The notes under the pieces are model-generated. The model saw only the letters and a list, made by a program, of their open reading frames with translations, did no database searches and was not told where the DNA came from. A DNA stretch of 55,917 nt, the filler included, from Dugesia japonica (Eukaryota), in the NCBI GenBank assembly GCA_001938525.1. It is 5 parts of 5 records of this genome, joined end to end, with 100 filler letters (N's around TTAATTAATTAA, not from the genome) between each part and the next. Parts side by side here need not be neighbours in the genome. Positions count along the whole stretch, not along the records: positions 20,345 to 30,668 come from MQRL01616517.1; positions 30,769 to 45,287 come from MQRL01638427.1; 3 more parts are not named here. One strand, given 5' to 3'. The number at the start of each line of letters is the position of its first letter. Within the stretch, counting starts at the first letter, position 1. Position numbers and translations under genes: made by a program. Below, piece by piece: positions 24,942 to 38,969 of the stretch.

Positions 24942-27539
24942 CTATTATTATCCTTATTATAATTACCATTATCAGGATCATTGTGATATGATAAACAATT
25001 TTTGGGTTTAGGCTTTTGATGTTAATTTATATATCACTTTACAATATATTTCGTCTTTCAAAATTATTATGTTTCACTTTATTTCTTGACTAAAGGGCAT
25101 ACCTAAAACTCACAAGCATATATGACACATCTGTGCCATATTCCTCGTTTCCGAATCTAGCGAAATTTTGTAGTATCTCAGTTTAATTATGAAGGAGGTT
25201 AACTGCCAGCTCTCATTTTTATTAGTGATATTACTAGCTTTTAATAGCTGACTAATGAAGCACAATAACATTTAAGCAATAAAAGTCAAATTGGATGGCG
25301 TCGATCAAGTCAATCAGTTCCTGTAACCACTTTTAACCTCTTCGCGTTTGATGTGATATTCTAGCTCATACTTTAGCTCTTGAATATTTTAGGCCTACCC
25401 ACTCTCTAATGCGAGTATTTTTTATCACTTCTTGAATACATGCTCTGTATACTTTGTAAGCTCTGTCGAGTTGTGACTTTATTATTTGCTGGCTCTTTTC
25501 TTTAGTTAATAACTGCAATTGTAACATTTCCCTCTTAACTGCATTTCAAATGACGCCTTTTGATCCCTCAACATTTTAAGTATTTAATCCTATTCAATAT
25601 AGTGTTAGGGTTGTAAGCTAGGCTTACATTATTATTATTTATTTATATAATAGAATTTATCAAAAACTTTGTTTAAATAAATAAAGGTTAAATTTTAAAT
25701 TAATAAAATTAGTAAGAATTAGTTTTTAATTAGTTAAATTGATTTATTTCATATTTTAATTTCTTAAAATTAGGAAAATGAAATAATTGACAAAAATATT
25801 AATTTATTGTGTTCTAGAAAAATTACTTATATTAGCATAAAAAATTATGCAGTAATTAATTTATTCTGAAATTTCAATATTGAGAAAAGTATATATACTG
25901 ATTGCAAAAATCAGTTTAATCGGACAAATATTTTAAAGCTATATTAGCAGTACGGTTAACTAGCAATATTGAAATTGAAAAACATTTTGAGCTAAATATT
26001 AGCAGTTAAATTTAAAAGATAATTTTTGCTAGTTTATGAACAAATATAAATCCATTTGGATTATTATTTGTTTCTTTTAAAATCATTAAATTTTATTAGA
26101 TAATAACACAGTAGTTTAGACACTTAATTATTATCTGTGTTTTGTTAAAAAATCTGTTATTAAATTACACAACTTGAGTTAACACGTATGGTGATGACAC
26201 TTAGGCCCACCATTCATAGCTTATCAGGACGGTATTTTAATACCGATTTTATCCTTCAATTAAAATAATTATAAAGCGGTTTTCGCTAAATCCGTAAAAT
26301 CAATCGCCTGGTTATTAATTGTAGTTTTATTATTTTTTATTTAATATATTTGATTTATTTAAACAAAGTTTTATAAAACATAAAGTGTTGTCCTAGTTAT
26401 TTATTATTATTATCATATTCAATTTATTTATAACCTTACGCGCAAATATATTTTAAAGTCAAAATTTGGAGTCAGAATAAAATAGTTAACTAATTGTGTT
26501 TTCTTCCCTCAAGATCTAACAATAGTATGTACCGCCATTATCAATCCATCGCCATTCATAATTTTTAGCGTTTATACGCTTATATCTTCTTTTCAATTCA
26601 CTTATATATTATTAGAAATAATCAAAATAAAATAAAATAGAAAAATTTAATTTGATAATATTAGACACAACAACGTTTCTTGGTTTCTTCTCAATGTTTC
26701 TTCTCCTTTACTTCTAGAGTAAGAAAGGCCAAACACATTGCTGCCTTTTTTCTTTCGAATCCTTAGTGAGTTCAATAAAAAATATCCTATCACAAGTATC
26801 CATAAAGTAGGCCTAACGGAAATTTCATAATTTTTTATCTACAAATTGAAGTCGCTATTTATTTAATATTGTTGGGCTCCGAGGTTTTGATGTTTTATTT
26901 CTTTTCTCTGGCTCTTGGTTTTTCTCACTCGGCATTCCGTTTATCTAATTATCTTTTCAGGGCAAATAACCCGGAGCCGGCAGGAATTTGGCAACACTTC
27001 AAATGTTGCTTCCTCCCCCCTGAGTCCATGAAAAACTGTTCAGTATCCTGTATTTTAGTAAGTCTTAGTTGTTATGGCTCTTATTAATTTGAATCGATTT
27101 ATTCTTTAAACAATGAAAAGACTTCAACTTCGTTTTTGGAATGTAGACATCCTTCGCTTGGTGAGGCTGGCCGTCTCTCGTAGTTTTTGTTTTCATTACG
27201 TAAACTTTTTAGTTTGAGTCTGGTTACGCGCTGATTGATCAACAACTCCTTCTAAGTAGGTTTGGTGATTCTCATTGAAATTCTGTAATTTAAATAAACT
27301 GATCATTTATCATAGCGTATTTCAATTTAATGTTGTAACAATTTTATCGTTTAAATTCGTAATAATTAATTAATTTTTACCATGATGATAGTTTTAAATC
27401 ATCGTCAATTTTATCTCTTTATATTATGATTGAGTATTTACTTATCAACGATTAATCATTTTATCATTAAATCTTTATATCGCCTTGAATCTTTGTATAA
27501 ATAATGAAGGACATCATTAGAATAAAATTATATTATATG

Positions 27540-28350
27540 TAGCACATTTCACATTGCTGTCGTTTTAGTATCACTAGCATCGTCCAGCGGCACCGGAATC
27601 TGTTGCAGGATTATTTTGACTCTTGTTGTTAGTCTCTCAGATATCTTTATATTCTTCCGCCTCAATTTGTGTTGATTGCATGGACTAAATGACTTATTAT
27701 TATTGTTTGGCCAACTTGATGGATTGAATTATTATAGAAACCAATTCTCGCCCTGTCTGCCATGATACCAATTCCGCGAGTTACCTTTTGTGTTCTTGCT
27801 CCTGCTGTTCCACCCCGGTGTTTTCAACTGTTGTTGAAAAGTAATTTCCTGTTGAGTGATTTGATTATTCATTTCAATCAATTGCAAATCTTTTTGTTGG
27901 ATAAGATCTTCAACGATCCCTATGGCTTTTGATCGGTACCTTTGAATCGGAGTGATTCCCATGGATCGGGCATGTCGTTGCAGATACCAGTTTTGAAGGA
28001 CCAGCCATCGGTACTCAATGATGTCATAGCCTCGGTTTGTGTGATGCGTTTTGTCATCTATATACATAATGATATTGAATAAACGATATATTCCATAATT
28101 GAAATAACATTTTGTGCATACCATTTCTTATTGCAGGACAACATAATCTCGATCATTCCCTATTGTGGATAAAGTTGTACTTTCTATACTCGTTCATTGT
28201 ACATTCTGTTTTGATTAAAATATTTAACTCTCCAGATCGTCATACCGTTATCACTTGCTACATCACTATCATATAATTTTGTCCGAGAATCCATATCTTT
28301 CCAAATGACGAATGGTCCTTCTGCTTTGATAAATTTCTATATGCATTTTG
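27540..28350 (-). pseudogene. Disrupted orphan coding region with Gln-rich coiled-coil part
   Basis: 130-aa ORF 27732-28124 plus coding-like flanks broken by stops/frameshifts; no recognised domain. Confidence 0.3.
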
Positions 28351-30668
28351 TCATTAAAAATTTATAAAATATTAGGAATATTTAAACTAATAATAATCGA
28401 ACTAATGATAGTATTCAAATAAATATCATCAATAAATGAAATAGGCATTTTACAAAACTATTCATAATCATATTTCTAAAGTTCATAAAAATAAAAAACA
28501 TTATGACTATAAATCGAATTGATAAATCGAATTAGATAATACTTTACAATTAGTTCTCAAAATAACATTATCATAATTATTAGAAGAAAGCTCATCCATC
28601 AGAACTAAATTATAATGGAACAGTAGAAAGAAGTTCAACCACTACTTCTCAACTGAAAAACATCTTGTCTCATGTATTTATTTTCAATCTCATATTCATG
28701 TTGCCAATGCTTAATTCATTGATATTTTTTTACCAATTTATCTCACTCATACTAACAATATTTATCTCTCATAATATCACTTCTCGTCTTTTGCTCAAGA
28801 TCTTCCAACACTATTTATCTCTTAAAACATCAATAACTCCTACCTCTCCCAAAAAGATGTGTCTCTTTCCTAATCATAATAGTTCAACAATAGGTATCTT
28901 TTTCACAGGCATACATTACAACGATATTTTTATTCCTCACGTTCATAACATTATCTCAAAATACGGAGTCTAACTTTCTCATAATCATCTTAACAATATT
29001 CGACTTTCACAGTGTCTAAATGCATGGTAATGTACGATGATCTAGTACATTGGGTATCTGAGCTGTGATTATCGTCACTACCAGCAAGGCTAGCGATGAC
29101 GACAATCATCTAAGTTTTCTGCTTTATAATTTTAGCATGTTAATTTTATAAATAAATTTAAAGATTTATTTCTTTGCTTTCCGTTTTTGCTAATAATAAT
29201 AAATGCTGCTTAAAAGTTCGGTTTAATCGTCTAATAAGAGCTCCAAAATATATTTGAATTTTTAGTATGATTTCCTACTGATTTTGATTTTCTTTTATAC
29301 TTCACTGTATCGTCAAATTTTGACAGATACAGTTGGCCTCCACTTCAGATGTCTGTTAATGGAAGAAATCGTACGTTGCTCACCCGTAGTTTTTAGAGAG
29401 ATATCGAAATATGGACGTGATTATTGTTAATTTTTTGTTAATTCTGTAGCGGATTAGGTGCTTAGATGTTCAATGATTTTTCCTCAATTAGAGATGCTTT
29501 AAAAAAATAATATTTTTCTTACAAAATAATAATGTTCTGAAACTTTTAAAAGTTTTAGAAATAGAGATAACTACACAATCGCATGCAAATATGAAAATAT
29601 CAATCTTGAATTCTTAGAAAAAATCATCAGACCTTCTTCTACATATAACTTTCCTATTATAATTCCTTCTTTTTCATTATAAATAATAATATTTATTGAA
29701 TAATAATAATTTTAATTATATTTATCGATAATAATAATAATTTTACATTTTAATATTTTTTAAAAAATTATTATAATAATACAATTCTTATACCTAAATA
29801 CGACTAATAATCTATTATTTTATTATTCATAATGATTATGATGATTTATTTTGCTTTTCTTTTCCTATAATTTCTCTTTAAAATATCAAAATATTTTAAT
29901 ATAATTATTTGTTTTAATCTTTCCTTTTCTCTCATCAATATAATTTTATTTTAATATATGAGTATTTTCAACAAATTTATATAAATTATAAATAACGATA
30001 TATATTCCTTGTTTTATTTACATTCTCTTTTTCGATCACTTTAAAAGTTTGATTTATTTTCTGAGCACTATTCTACCTTAATTTCTTTGGAGCCATCTAA
30101 TTATTGATTATCTTCAATTATTATACATTTTAATATTTAATCAACTCTTTGTTTTCTCAACAATTTATTACATCTTTATTTTCTTTTTACCGTTTTACCC
30201 TAGATTTTGTTCAATATTTTCTTGTGATTTTTAATTCTAGTTATTATTATTTAATAATCATTTCCTTACAATTTTGTTGATTAATATTTCTTTTATTTCT
30301 GATTTTTTCTTATTTATTTTATTATTACACTTTCATTTGTTTCATTCACTGCCTTTAATATTTTACTGAAGGCTGTTTCAGCCAAACAATATTAAACTCG
30401 ATAGTCAAATTCAAATCCTTCCAACATAATTTATGCTAAGTTTCGATAATATGTTCATTACTTTCAAGTTGTTTAAAAAGAGAGAATCATAACTGGTAAT
30501 TGAAATAGATATTTGAAGTTACTTAAACCTAATGCGAAATCAGCTTGAAATTATTCATTTTTAATTAATTGAATTAATTAATTAATAATTAATAAATTAA
30601 TAATAATAATAAAAATTTTGAATTATTATAAAACAAATTCGTCTATTTCCCATGAATTTCCGTAAAGA

Positions 30669-30768
30669 NNNNNNNNNNNNNNNNNNNNNNNNNNNNNNNN
30701 NNNNNNNNNNNNTTAATTAATTAANNNNNNNNNNNNNNNNNNNNNNNNNNNNNNNNNNNNNNNNNNNN
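30669..30768. other. Artificial scaffold linker
   Basis: 44 N + TTAATTAATTAA + 44 N. Confidence 0.97.
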
Positions 30769-31795
30769 TAATAAAGAAATTTAGATGATAACAAAAACTT
30801 TTACATTTACAAATTCTTCTTTTTCAACATTTTAAGACCATTTTACATTCTTCTTCGATAGTAAGCCCAAGAAAAGTAGTTCGTAAAAATTGATAAACAC
30901 ATTAAATGTTTTGTATAATCACATTTCTTATAACATATAATTCAGTGGGGTAGCAATGAATATATGAAGAAGAGGTTTTGGTTTGGGATCATGGGAATAG
31001 AGAGCCAAGGCTGGGCCCGGGGAGATCAGAAAATTCAAGTGAGAAACCAGAAACATCATAGAAATATTCTGGAAAGCGATGAAATAACGGTTAGAGAATA
31101 AATATCAAATTTATTAAATAATTTTTAAAAATATTAAAATTTTATTTTAATAATTTCCCAAAAATGATCCCTAGGTGAAATTGCTTGGGAAACATTAAAA
31201 TTAACCGAAATTTGTTTTTCTTATTAACACAGTAGAAATTTTTATAATTTTATTTTGCTATTCATATTTTTGTTTAAACTTATCAAGAATTTACAGTATA
31301 TAAAATATAATAAATATTATAAATATTATATATAATAAATATTCTAAATATATAAAAGCGTTGTAGTGTCGACAGAATTATAAAAATAGAATTTATTACA
31401 AAAAATATGGTAAGATAACAAAGAGCTACCCGCTGACGATTTTTGATGGTGATGTTTTAATTGATTAAATAGACAATTGGAAGAAGTTTTAGATAGTTGT
31501 TGTCAAGGTGATATAAGTTATCAAAAATGGTATTTAATTACTAACATTTATCATTGATCGTATGATTGGTAATTCATAACAAAACATATAATATTGATCA
31601 ATAATTAATAATTTTGCCAAATGTTNNNNNNNNNNNNNNNNNNNNNNNNNNNNNNNNNNNNNNNNNNNNNNNNNNNNNNNNNNNNNNNNNNNNNNNNNNN
31701 NNNNNNNNNNNNNNNNNNNNNNNNNNNNNNNNNNNNNNNNNNNNNNNNNNNNNNNNNNNNNNNNNNNNNNNNNNNNNNNNNNNNNNNNNNNNNNN

Positions 31796-31845
<50 letters not shown>

Positions 31846-31868
31846 CATAATAATAATAATAATAATAA
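31796..31868. repeat. (AAT)n microsatellite
   Basis: Direct run next to a gap. Confidence 0.95.
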
Positions 31869-32768
31869 AAATAATATTTCGAGAAGATTGATTTTTTGGA
31901 TGATTTTGGGCAATTATTTCCTCGAGTTGATCTGTTTGGGTTGAATTTTTCCTAGAAATTTGTGGGAAATAGGGGAAATTGTTTAATTAATTCAAATAAT
32001 TAAAATTTTTATCGGAATCTGGAATAACATTTAAAATTTTCGAAACTTTTTGAAAGATTTTTTTGTTGATATTTTAAAATCATTCGATGGAGATTAATTT
32101 TTACAAATAAAGATTTTTCGAAAAACTTTTTTCTTCTTGAAACTTGTAATCAGCATGTCTATTAAATAGAGAATGTTTCACTGATCATGAAAGTTGTAGA
32201 TAAAAATCTCTGAAGTTCCGCGATAAAATCAATAGGGTTTTGTGGTGGAAAAAATATGTCAAAACTAAGATTTTAGATCTCAGACTTCTGTGCGCCAAGA
32301 ACTGCTATCGACTCAAATTTGGTATTGTTTTACTCAGGAGGAAAAAGTGACTGTACAAATTTAAAATATCGTCTCGGGAAAAATGCTTCCTAACGAATAT
32401 GTATAGGTGCCATCCGGAAATTCGGTGATATTTTTAAAAAAAAATCAAAAGTATTTTCGAAATTTATAATATTCGACTGGAAATTTTATACTTATTAAAA
32501 ACATATTAACCTAAAATCAACAAAATTTATACATAGAAAGTTATACAGAAATAAGTACTATATTTGGGGATCTCTAGTATCATTAAAAATAATAAAAACA
32601 CACTATAAAAAACTTAATAATAAGATAAAGTCATTTTTTCAAAGTATAAGATTTATTTAACGAAAATCTGATCAATCTGTCTATTGTTTGATTATTGAAC
32701 TGTTTGAAAATACTGAACAAATTAATTAATTATTTAATTAAAATGTAAAAAATAACAAATCATTACCT

Positions 32769-35700
32769 TCACAATGTCTGATTTGATCCGGATTCGTCTT
32801 TCATACAAGGTGGTATATCACAATGTCCGTATGGTAAACTTTCATTCTGTTTTATCCATACTCGTTTATCGTCTGTGTTTGTTAATGCTACATTTGAATT
32901 TTTTGAACTACATATTGTGTGGTCTTTTGTAAAAGTTTTAAATTGATTAACTGAGATCTTTTGATTATTATTATAACAATCAAGGTATGACTGATGATTT
33001 ATGTCAGTACCTTTTAATGTTACNNNNNNNNNNNNNNNNNNNNNNNNNNNNNNNNNNNNNNNNNNNNNNNNNNNNNNNNNNNNNNNNNNNNNCTTATACC
33101 TTATACCTTAGAACTCATCTTTAAATCTCCATACAACACAATTCAAGTCATTATTAAAAAGTTGATAATTTTTACCATAATTTGATGTGTCAAAATGTTT
33201 ATTTTGAACCATTAAGTATAATAATTCCTCTAATTTAATATCTTAAACCTCTAGAAAAAAGTTAACTGTGTCACCTGCAACAATATTTATACAAGATTTC
33301 TCTTCCGTACGGTATTTTTGTAAATCTATATACTGAAGCTGATACATCCTAAGCTTAGATAAATCAAGTACGGATTGTCCAATATAACTCAGACGATCCC
33401 AACAAAAATCATACTTATTAAGTTGAACAGCAATTTGATTCTTATCAACTTTAGATATTTTCCTAAAACTCGGTTTGGAAGTATAGGTCACCAAGTTTTT
33501 ATCAGAGTTACAGATACGTAGTTTCATCCTCTTCTTAAGATTTTCAACATTTTTACCGTAAAGACTATTATTGAGTAGTTTGCAATAATTTTTATCTAAC
33601 TCATTTTTACTTTCAGATCTTAATGCAGTGTTTTCATCTACATATGCCTTAAAGATATAGTCTTGGTCAATTTTTACAGCCCTATAAATTTTAGTCACTT
33701 TAATCCCGATTTGTAAATACAATTGAAGCCATCTCCAATGTATTACATAGAAATCACATATAAGTAGTAATTTTTAAAATTTTGTATCTGGCACTAATTG
33801 TTGTTTAGCAGGAACTGGCAAATCCCTTAAATAGTTATGTAAATCGTTAGGAATCAACATATCAACTTCAACAGTATAACCATAAGACAACGAATCTTAG
33901 TCTAAAGTCCTACAATCAATAAGAATTTTTTAATAATATCTATGTATTATCATCTTATAATAATCAAATCAATTCAAAAGATTGAATAAAAATTATTGGA
34001 TATATATTGTTCTAATTAATCAGTTAGAAAAACCAAATGACAATAGCTGTTGAAGAAATATGCGAAGCTAACGGATACAATAGAAAAAAAGTAGAATCCG
34101 CAACCGATTACAATAGTGTTTTATTTGGAAATACCAAAACCTTTCATATAATGAGACAAGACAGTAACATTAAAGAGGCTTACTTATTTTCTATTATTAA
34201 AACATCTGAAGTATTTTATTGCTAGTTAATTATTATTATCATCTGTAGCTACAATATGTTTATTCACAAAAGTAAGACCTATTCTAGTTCCACCTTCAAA
34301 GAAAGTGTAAATATCATTGTCGGTCAAAAGCTCAATAGATTAATTTAAAGTCATCAAGGCAGAAGCTTAACTCATTCCAGGAATTCCAAAGAAATTAAGT
34401 GGTTCTAACATATTAAGTTCTAAAGATTTAGCCCAAAATTGCTGTAAGAAATCAGCCAAAAGAAAAACGTCAAGTTTCAAATAGCCCATCATAAAGTCTA
34501 AAAGATTCTTACAACCAGAAAACGCGCACATTTTAAGAGTATTCAAGTAAATTTTCTCAGAAACTCCTTCCCATATTGGTGGTAATGATAATGTTTCCTC
34601 TAAAGCTTCTAAAATAGTCGCAAAGTTATAAGGAAAAATCCCCTTAGTCTTAATAAGTCTACTATCATTAAACTCCTTTGATGTTAATGGAGTTGAATTT
34701 ATTGTCTTAACAGCTTCATCAAGAGAAGAGTTTTTAAATTTGGAACTATCTATAAACTTTACTGTTACTTTAGATATATGTGCAGGTAAATTCAAGAAGT
34801 TTTCACTAGTAAGTGGAATACAAGAAATATCCCAATTTGAAAAGTTACTAAGACCGTATTTCAATATATGATGGAGATCATACCCCTTCAAATTATGAAA
34901 AACGACCGGAAGGTCAAACCTTATTTTCCTACTTATATTACATTTGGAACAAGCAGATGATATATATTTACCGATAAAATGATTATGGTCTCTTACTAGC
35001 ATTAATTATTTGTTTATTCCACAAACTTATTTCCTCATCATATGAAATAATAATTGTCTTTTTACTATTTTTCTCATAATGAGGTTGGAAAATGTTTTTA
35101 GTTAAATCCTCAATCAGTTGCAAGAAATTGGTATTGCAATCATAGCCCATGTATTGATAATACTTAGTTTCATTGGTAAAATTATTTACTAGTAAAGGTC
35201 CAGCAGAAATCGGTTCATGTCGTTGAAAGTATGTTGGATCGTTTGGTAAAGCTGTTTCAAAATCAGCGTAAATTACGAAAAGTAAAGTGATCATCTTACT
35301 GTAATTCTTAAAACATAATTTTTTCTCATCAAGAATTTCTATAAAGAGTTGTACCAGTTTGTATCCTTTCACAAAGAGGTTCATGTTTTTTAAATGCTAT
35401 CTTATGCCTAATCTCATTCAAGCAATTTGGACAACAAGTAGATCGAATTTGCAAATCATTATGTCCTACCTTACGGTTCATCAGTATATTTAAATTCATT
35501 ACTGCAATGTATGAAACGTTTCCTTATTTTCTAACAATAAAATATTAATTTTCTGCTCCCTTTCACCCTACTCTTATGCATTAATGCATAATAATGTCTA
35601 AATTTGAATACTTCAATAGAATCTCCTCACAATCGTTAACAGAAACAGAATTCCAAGACAAAATATTTATATAAAGTATTGTGTTTTCTTTTTCAAACTT

Positions 35701-36471
35701 CGGAATATTAGATAACCTCATTGGCACGTCAGTATGATCAAATTTCAATTCCCCTAAGTAACCCTTATATTTATCTACTCTGTTTATTTTCTTTTATTTT
35801 ATCTTGTTTAAGTACTGGAAGAATACTCTAAATAAAACCAAGATCATTGCCTTTTCCTAACGTTAACTATAGCATTTCTTATTTTTAAATCATTTGGAGT
35901 TTGGGTCCAACTACGTCCAGGGAGTCTACTTAAATTAGCTATCTTAGTTAATTTAAAAGAAATTTCTAAAATTCAGTTTAAGGTCCAACTACTACCTAAT
36001 TCAGATCTTATAACTATTTTTTCGTTTAATTGTTTAATACCTACATCAAATAAATCTTTGTTCAAAATGACCGCTCTAACAGTATTAATTTCCTCATATT
36101 TAACAAATTCAACTTCAATACCATATTGTATTTTTACATTTTTCATTTCCTTAATTAAATTAAATAATTTTGTAATTAATTTTTCAGTCAGTATTATTTC
36201 TCTCATTATAATTAGAAACATCTAATTTTAATTCTCGATAATATTTACGTAAGTCTGTCTCAACAATCAGTTCATCAAGATTATAAGAACCACCAAGTTG
36301 ATTTTCTTGGAAAACCTTATTCAGAACCTCGTCTTCATCATCTATTTCCTTATTAAACTCAATAGAATTACTATTTATATCAACAGTTGGATCATTAACT
36401 GAATTAACAGCTAGATCGACAACTGGATACGCAACTGGAGCAACAAGATCTATAGAAGAATCAAAACTCAA
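32769..36471 (-). pseudogene. Protein-primed DNA polymerase B of a Polinton/adintovirus-like element, decayed
   Basis: GSSW; VIYADFE; VRDHNHFIGKY...CSKCN; PVVFHNLKGYDLH; KFIDS; KGIFPY; YLKLDVFLLAD; KLLNNSLYGK; YIGQSVLDLSKLRMY; AGDT; TDDKRVW..SLPYGH. Frameshifts and stops throughout. Confidence 0.92.
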
Positions 36472-36514
36472 TTGAATTACTATTTATATCAACAGTCGGA
36501 TCATCAACATATTT

Positions 36515-37740
36515 TTTTGGGGCTCTTGTCTCCGGCAGTGATCCACACACGTCTTTAAATAACAGTTCAACATTTCGGCTGGCTGAACGTTTTTCGTTTC
36601 TTTCTTTGTTTTTGTTGTCAACACTTTATCTTTCTGGCATGTACTAAAACGTCGGACAACCTCTTGTACTTTGCTTCACAAATGTTTCGAGTTATGTTTA
36701 TGCTTCATATACGCTGCTACCTTTTCTGCTCCGGCATGACACAAAAGATGATGTATCTCATTCTAACTTCTACTTTATCATGAAGTATCCATATTCCTTT
36801 ATCAATATCACCAAAATTGCTAAAATACTGCGTATCTTTCAAAGCATCCAGCATATCGTTCACATTTGGCATAGGAAAAGCTTGTCTTTCTGTTAATGCA
36901 TTCAGCTGTCTTAAGTTTAGGCGTAATCTTATATCCTTTTTCCATAACTTTGTCTTTTCCAAACACAGATAATTGGCAGAATATATGGCCTCTTTAATCT
37001 TTTCCTCTAGATAAATTGGTTCGCGATACGGTTTAATGTTGATTGGACCTATTTTAGTGATTATTCGATGTTTCGTTAAGTGCGTACATCCGATGTCCCA
37101 TTTTTCTGCCATAAATACATCCTCTTTATTCTGAATTATCGCCGTAAATCTGTTATCTTTGTTAATTTCTAGAATCTCCATTGCATGTCTCAATCGTTCA
37201 CCCATCTGTATTTTTCTTCCAAATTTTGCCTCGATGTTGCAAACAAATTTTTCTTGATGATTATTGATGTCTACCCTGCACTTTATTTTTGCAGATGATA
37301 CCCAAAAGTATTCTGAAATTTCCCTCCTCTAATTAGGTCTAGTATTAATTTCTCTACTATTATAAATTTTACTTCCTTGCACACCTCCAAAACTACAACT
37401 TTGTTACGTATCTTTCCAATCGTTTCCAATGAGCTGTTATTTGCGCAATGCAATGGTTCTTCGCTTTTTTCTAACATTGTTTCTTCTAGTATATTAAATC
37501 TTTTCATTCTCATCACATTAATTCTTGCTCCTGTATCCAACAAACAATCAAACTGTTCGCCCTTGATCATCCCTGAAATGCTAGTTCTTCCTTGCATTTT
37601 ATCATACAAAATTTCTACATTCTGTTACTATTCAATTATTTCTATCACTTCTGCTTTGTTAACTTCCGCATCATTGAAACTTTCTCTTTTTAGGAATCTG
37701 TAAACCTTTTCAATCACTTTACTCGTCTCATCCCATTTCT
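36515..37740 (-). mobile_element. Internally deleted Ty3/Gypsy fragment (protease, RT N-terminus, integrase zinc-finger region)
   Basis: CLLDTGARINV; DIGCTHLTKHRI; LRQLNALT..AFPMPNVNDMLD; then joined directly to IHHLLCHAGAEK and DVCGSLP. Confidence 0.88.
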
Positions 37741-38969
37741 CGGCCTACTTTTGATTTTAATAAATTCCGTCTTCAAAAATAAAAATTTTTAAATCTGTTC
37801 TTTTAAAAAAACTATCTTATAATAATTATCTAAGTATATTACAAAAATAATATAATCAAAATTAATTGATGTAATTATGTCTTGCTGAATTAGACAAACA
37901 AAACTAATAAATATAAGCGAACAAAAGTGACGAAATATGACGTTTATAATTACAAAAATTAATAATATATTAATATTTTATATTCTTGTTAAAATATATG
38001 TTATTACTAAACTAATAAGACTTGTTGATTTTAATATATCAGAATAATACTATTTTAAACCTTCATTTTAACTTTACAATAACGTCAATTTATAATTATC
38101 TAAGTATATTACAATAATAACATAATTAAAATTAATAGATGTAATTATGGAATAACGTTTAGCGAACTAATTACAACTATTAATGAAGGTTAAACCTTTG
38201 ACAGTAACTTTTCAACTGTTTGCACAGCTTATGTTTAAATTAAATTACAATTTGATTACGCGATAGATTTATCATAGAAACATCTGCCCTTAAATACATT
38301 TGACGATTTGATATAGTAAGATATTTGTAATATATATTAATGATGTTGGGTTATATGTTCTCTTGATTCTAATAGACGCTACTTATTAATAGAATATTAA
38401 TGCGTCACAAGCGGATTCAAATGTCTAACAGGAAAAATTTTAATATCCACTGTTCTTCTTATTCATAATTCTTTATTCATTATTCATTATTCATTATTCT
38501 TATATCATAATCCAAATAAGTGTAATAAAAATGAAGGATGATCCCAAAGTATAGGTCAAGAATATACACTCGCTTCTAGTCACCATCTTTCCGTCTAAAA
38601 CGTTTGAAGTAGTTAAATTCTTAGTTGAGTCCTTATTAGCAGTAACTGTTTTGTTATTATTTTATTATTTTAATTGAATTTAATTATAGATTTGGGAAAG
38701 ATCATACTTTAATTGATTAATTTTGCTGTAAATAAGAAAATGAATGAAGAAAATAAAACTAAAAATCTTAAACTTGAAAATTATTGCCATTAAAAAACTG
38801 AAAGAAATTACTACAAAATGTCGCAATAAAACTCCTAGGGATTTTATTCAAATAGTACGCCCTCTGGACGTACTATTCGACTATAATACCAAAGCGTTAT
38901 TTTCAGTGGAAGACTGTATTCACAAAACAATCGTAAAAATCTAATAAATACTTTTAAATAGTTCTTAAA

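Noticed and set aside
36515-36760. Integrase fragment as the Polinton's own integrase
   Set aside because: It is contiguous with Gypsy protease and RT fragments and resembles the Gypsy integrase in segment 2.
36355-38150. Short direct repeats (36355/36465, about 44 bp; 37820/38090, about 60 bp) as TSDs or LTRs
   Set aside because: They are local duplications that do not flank the Gypsy fragment.
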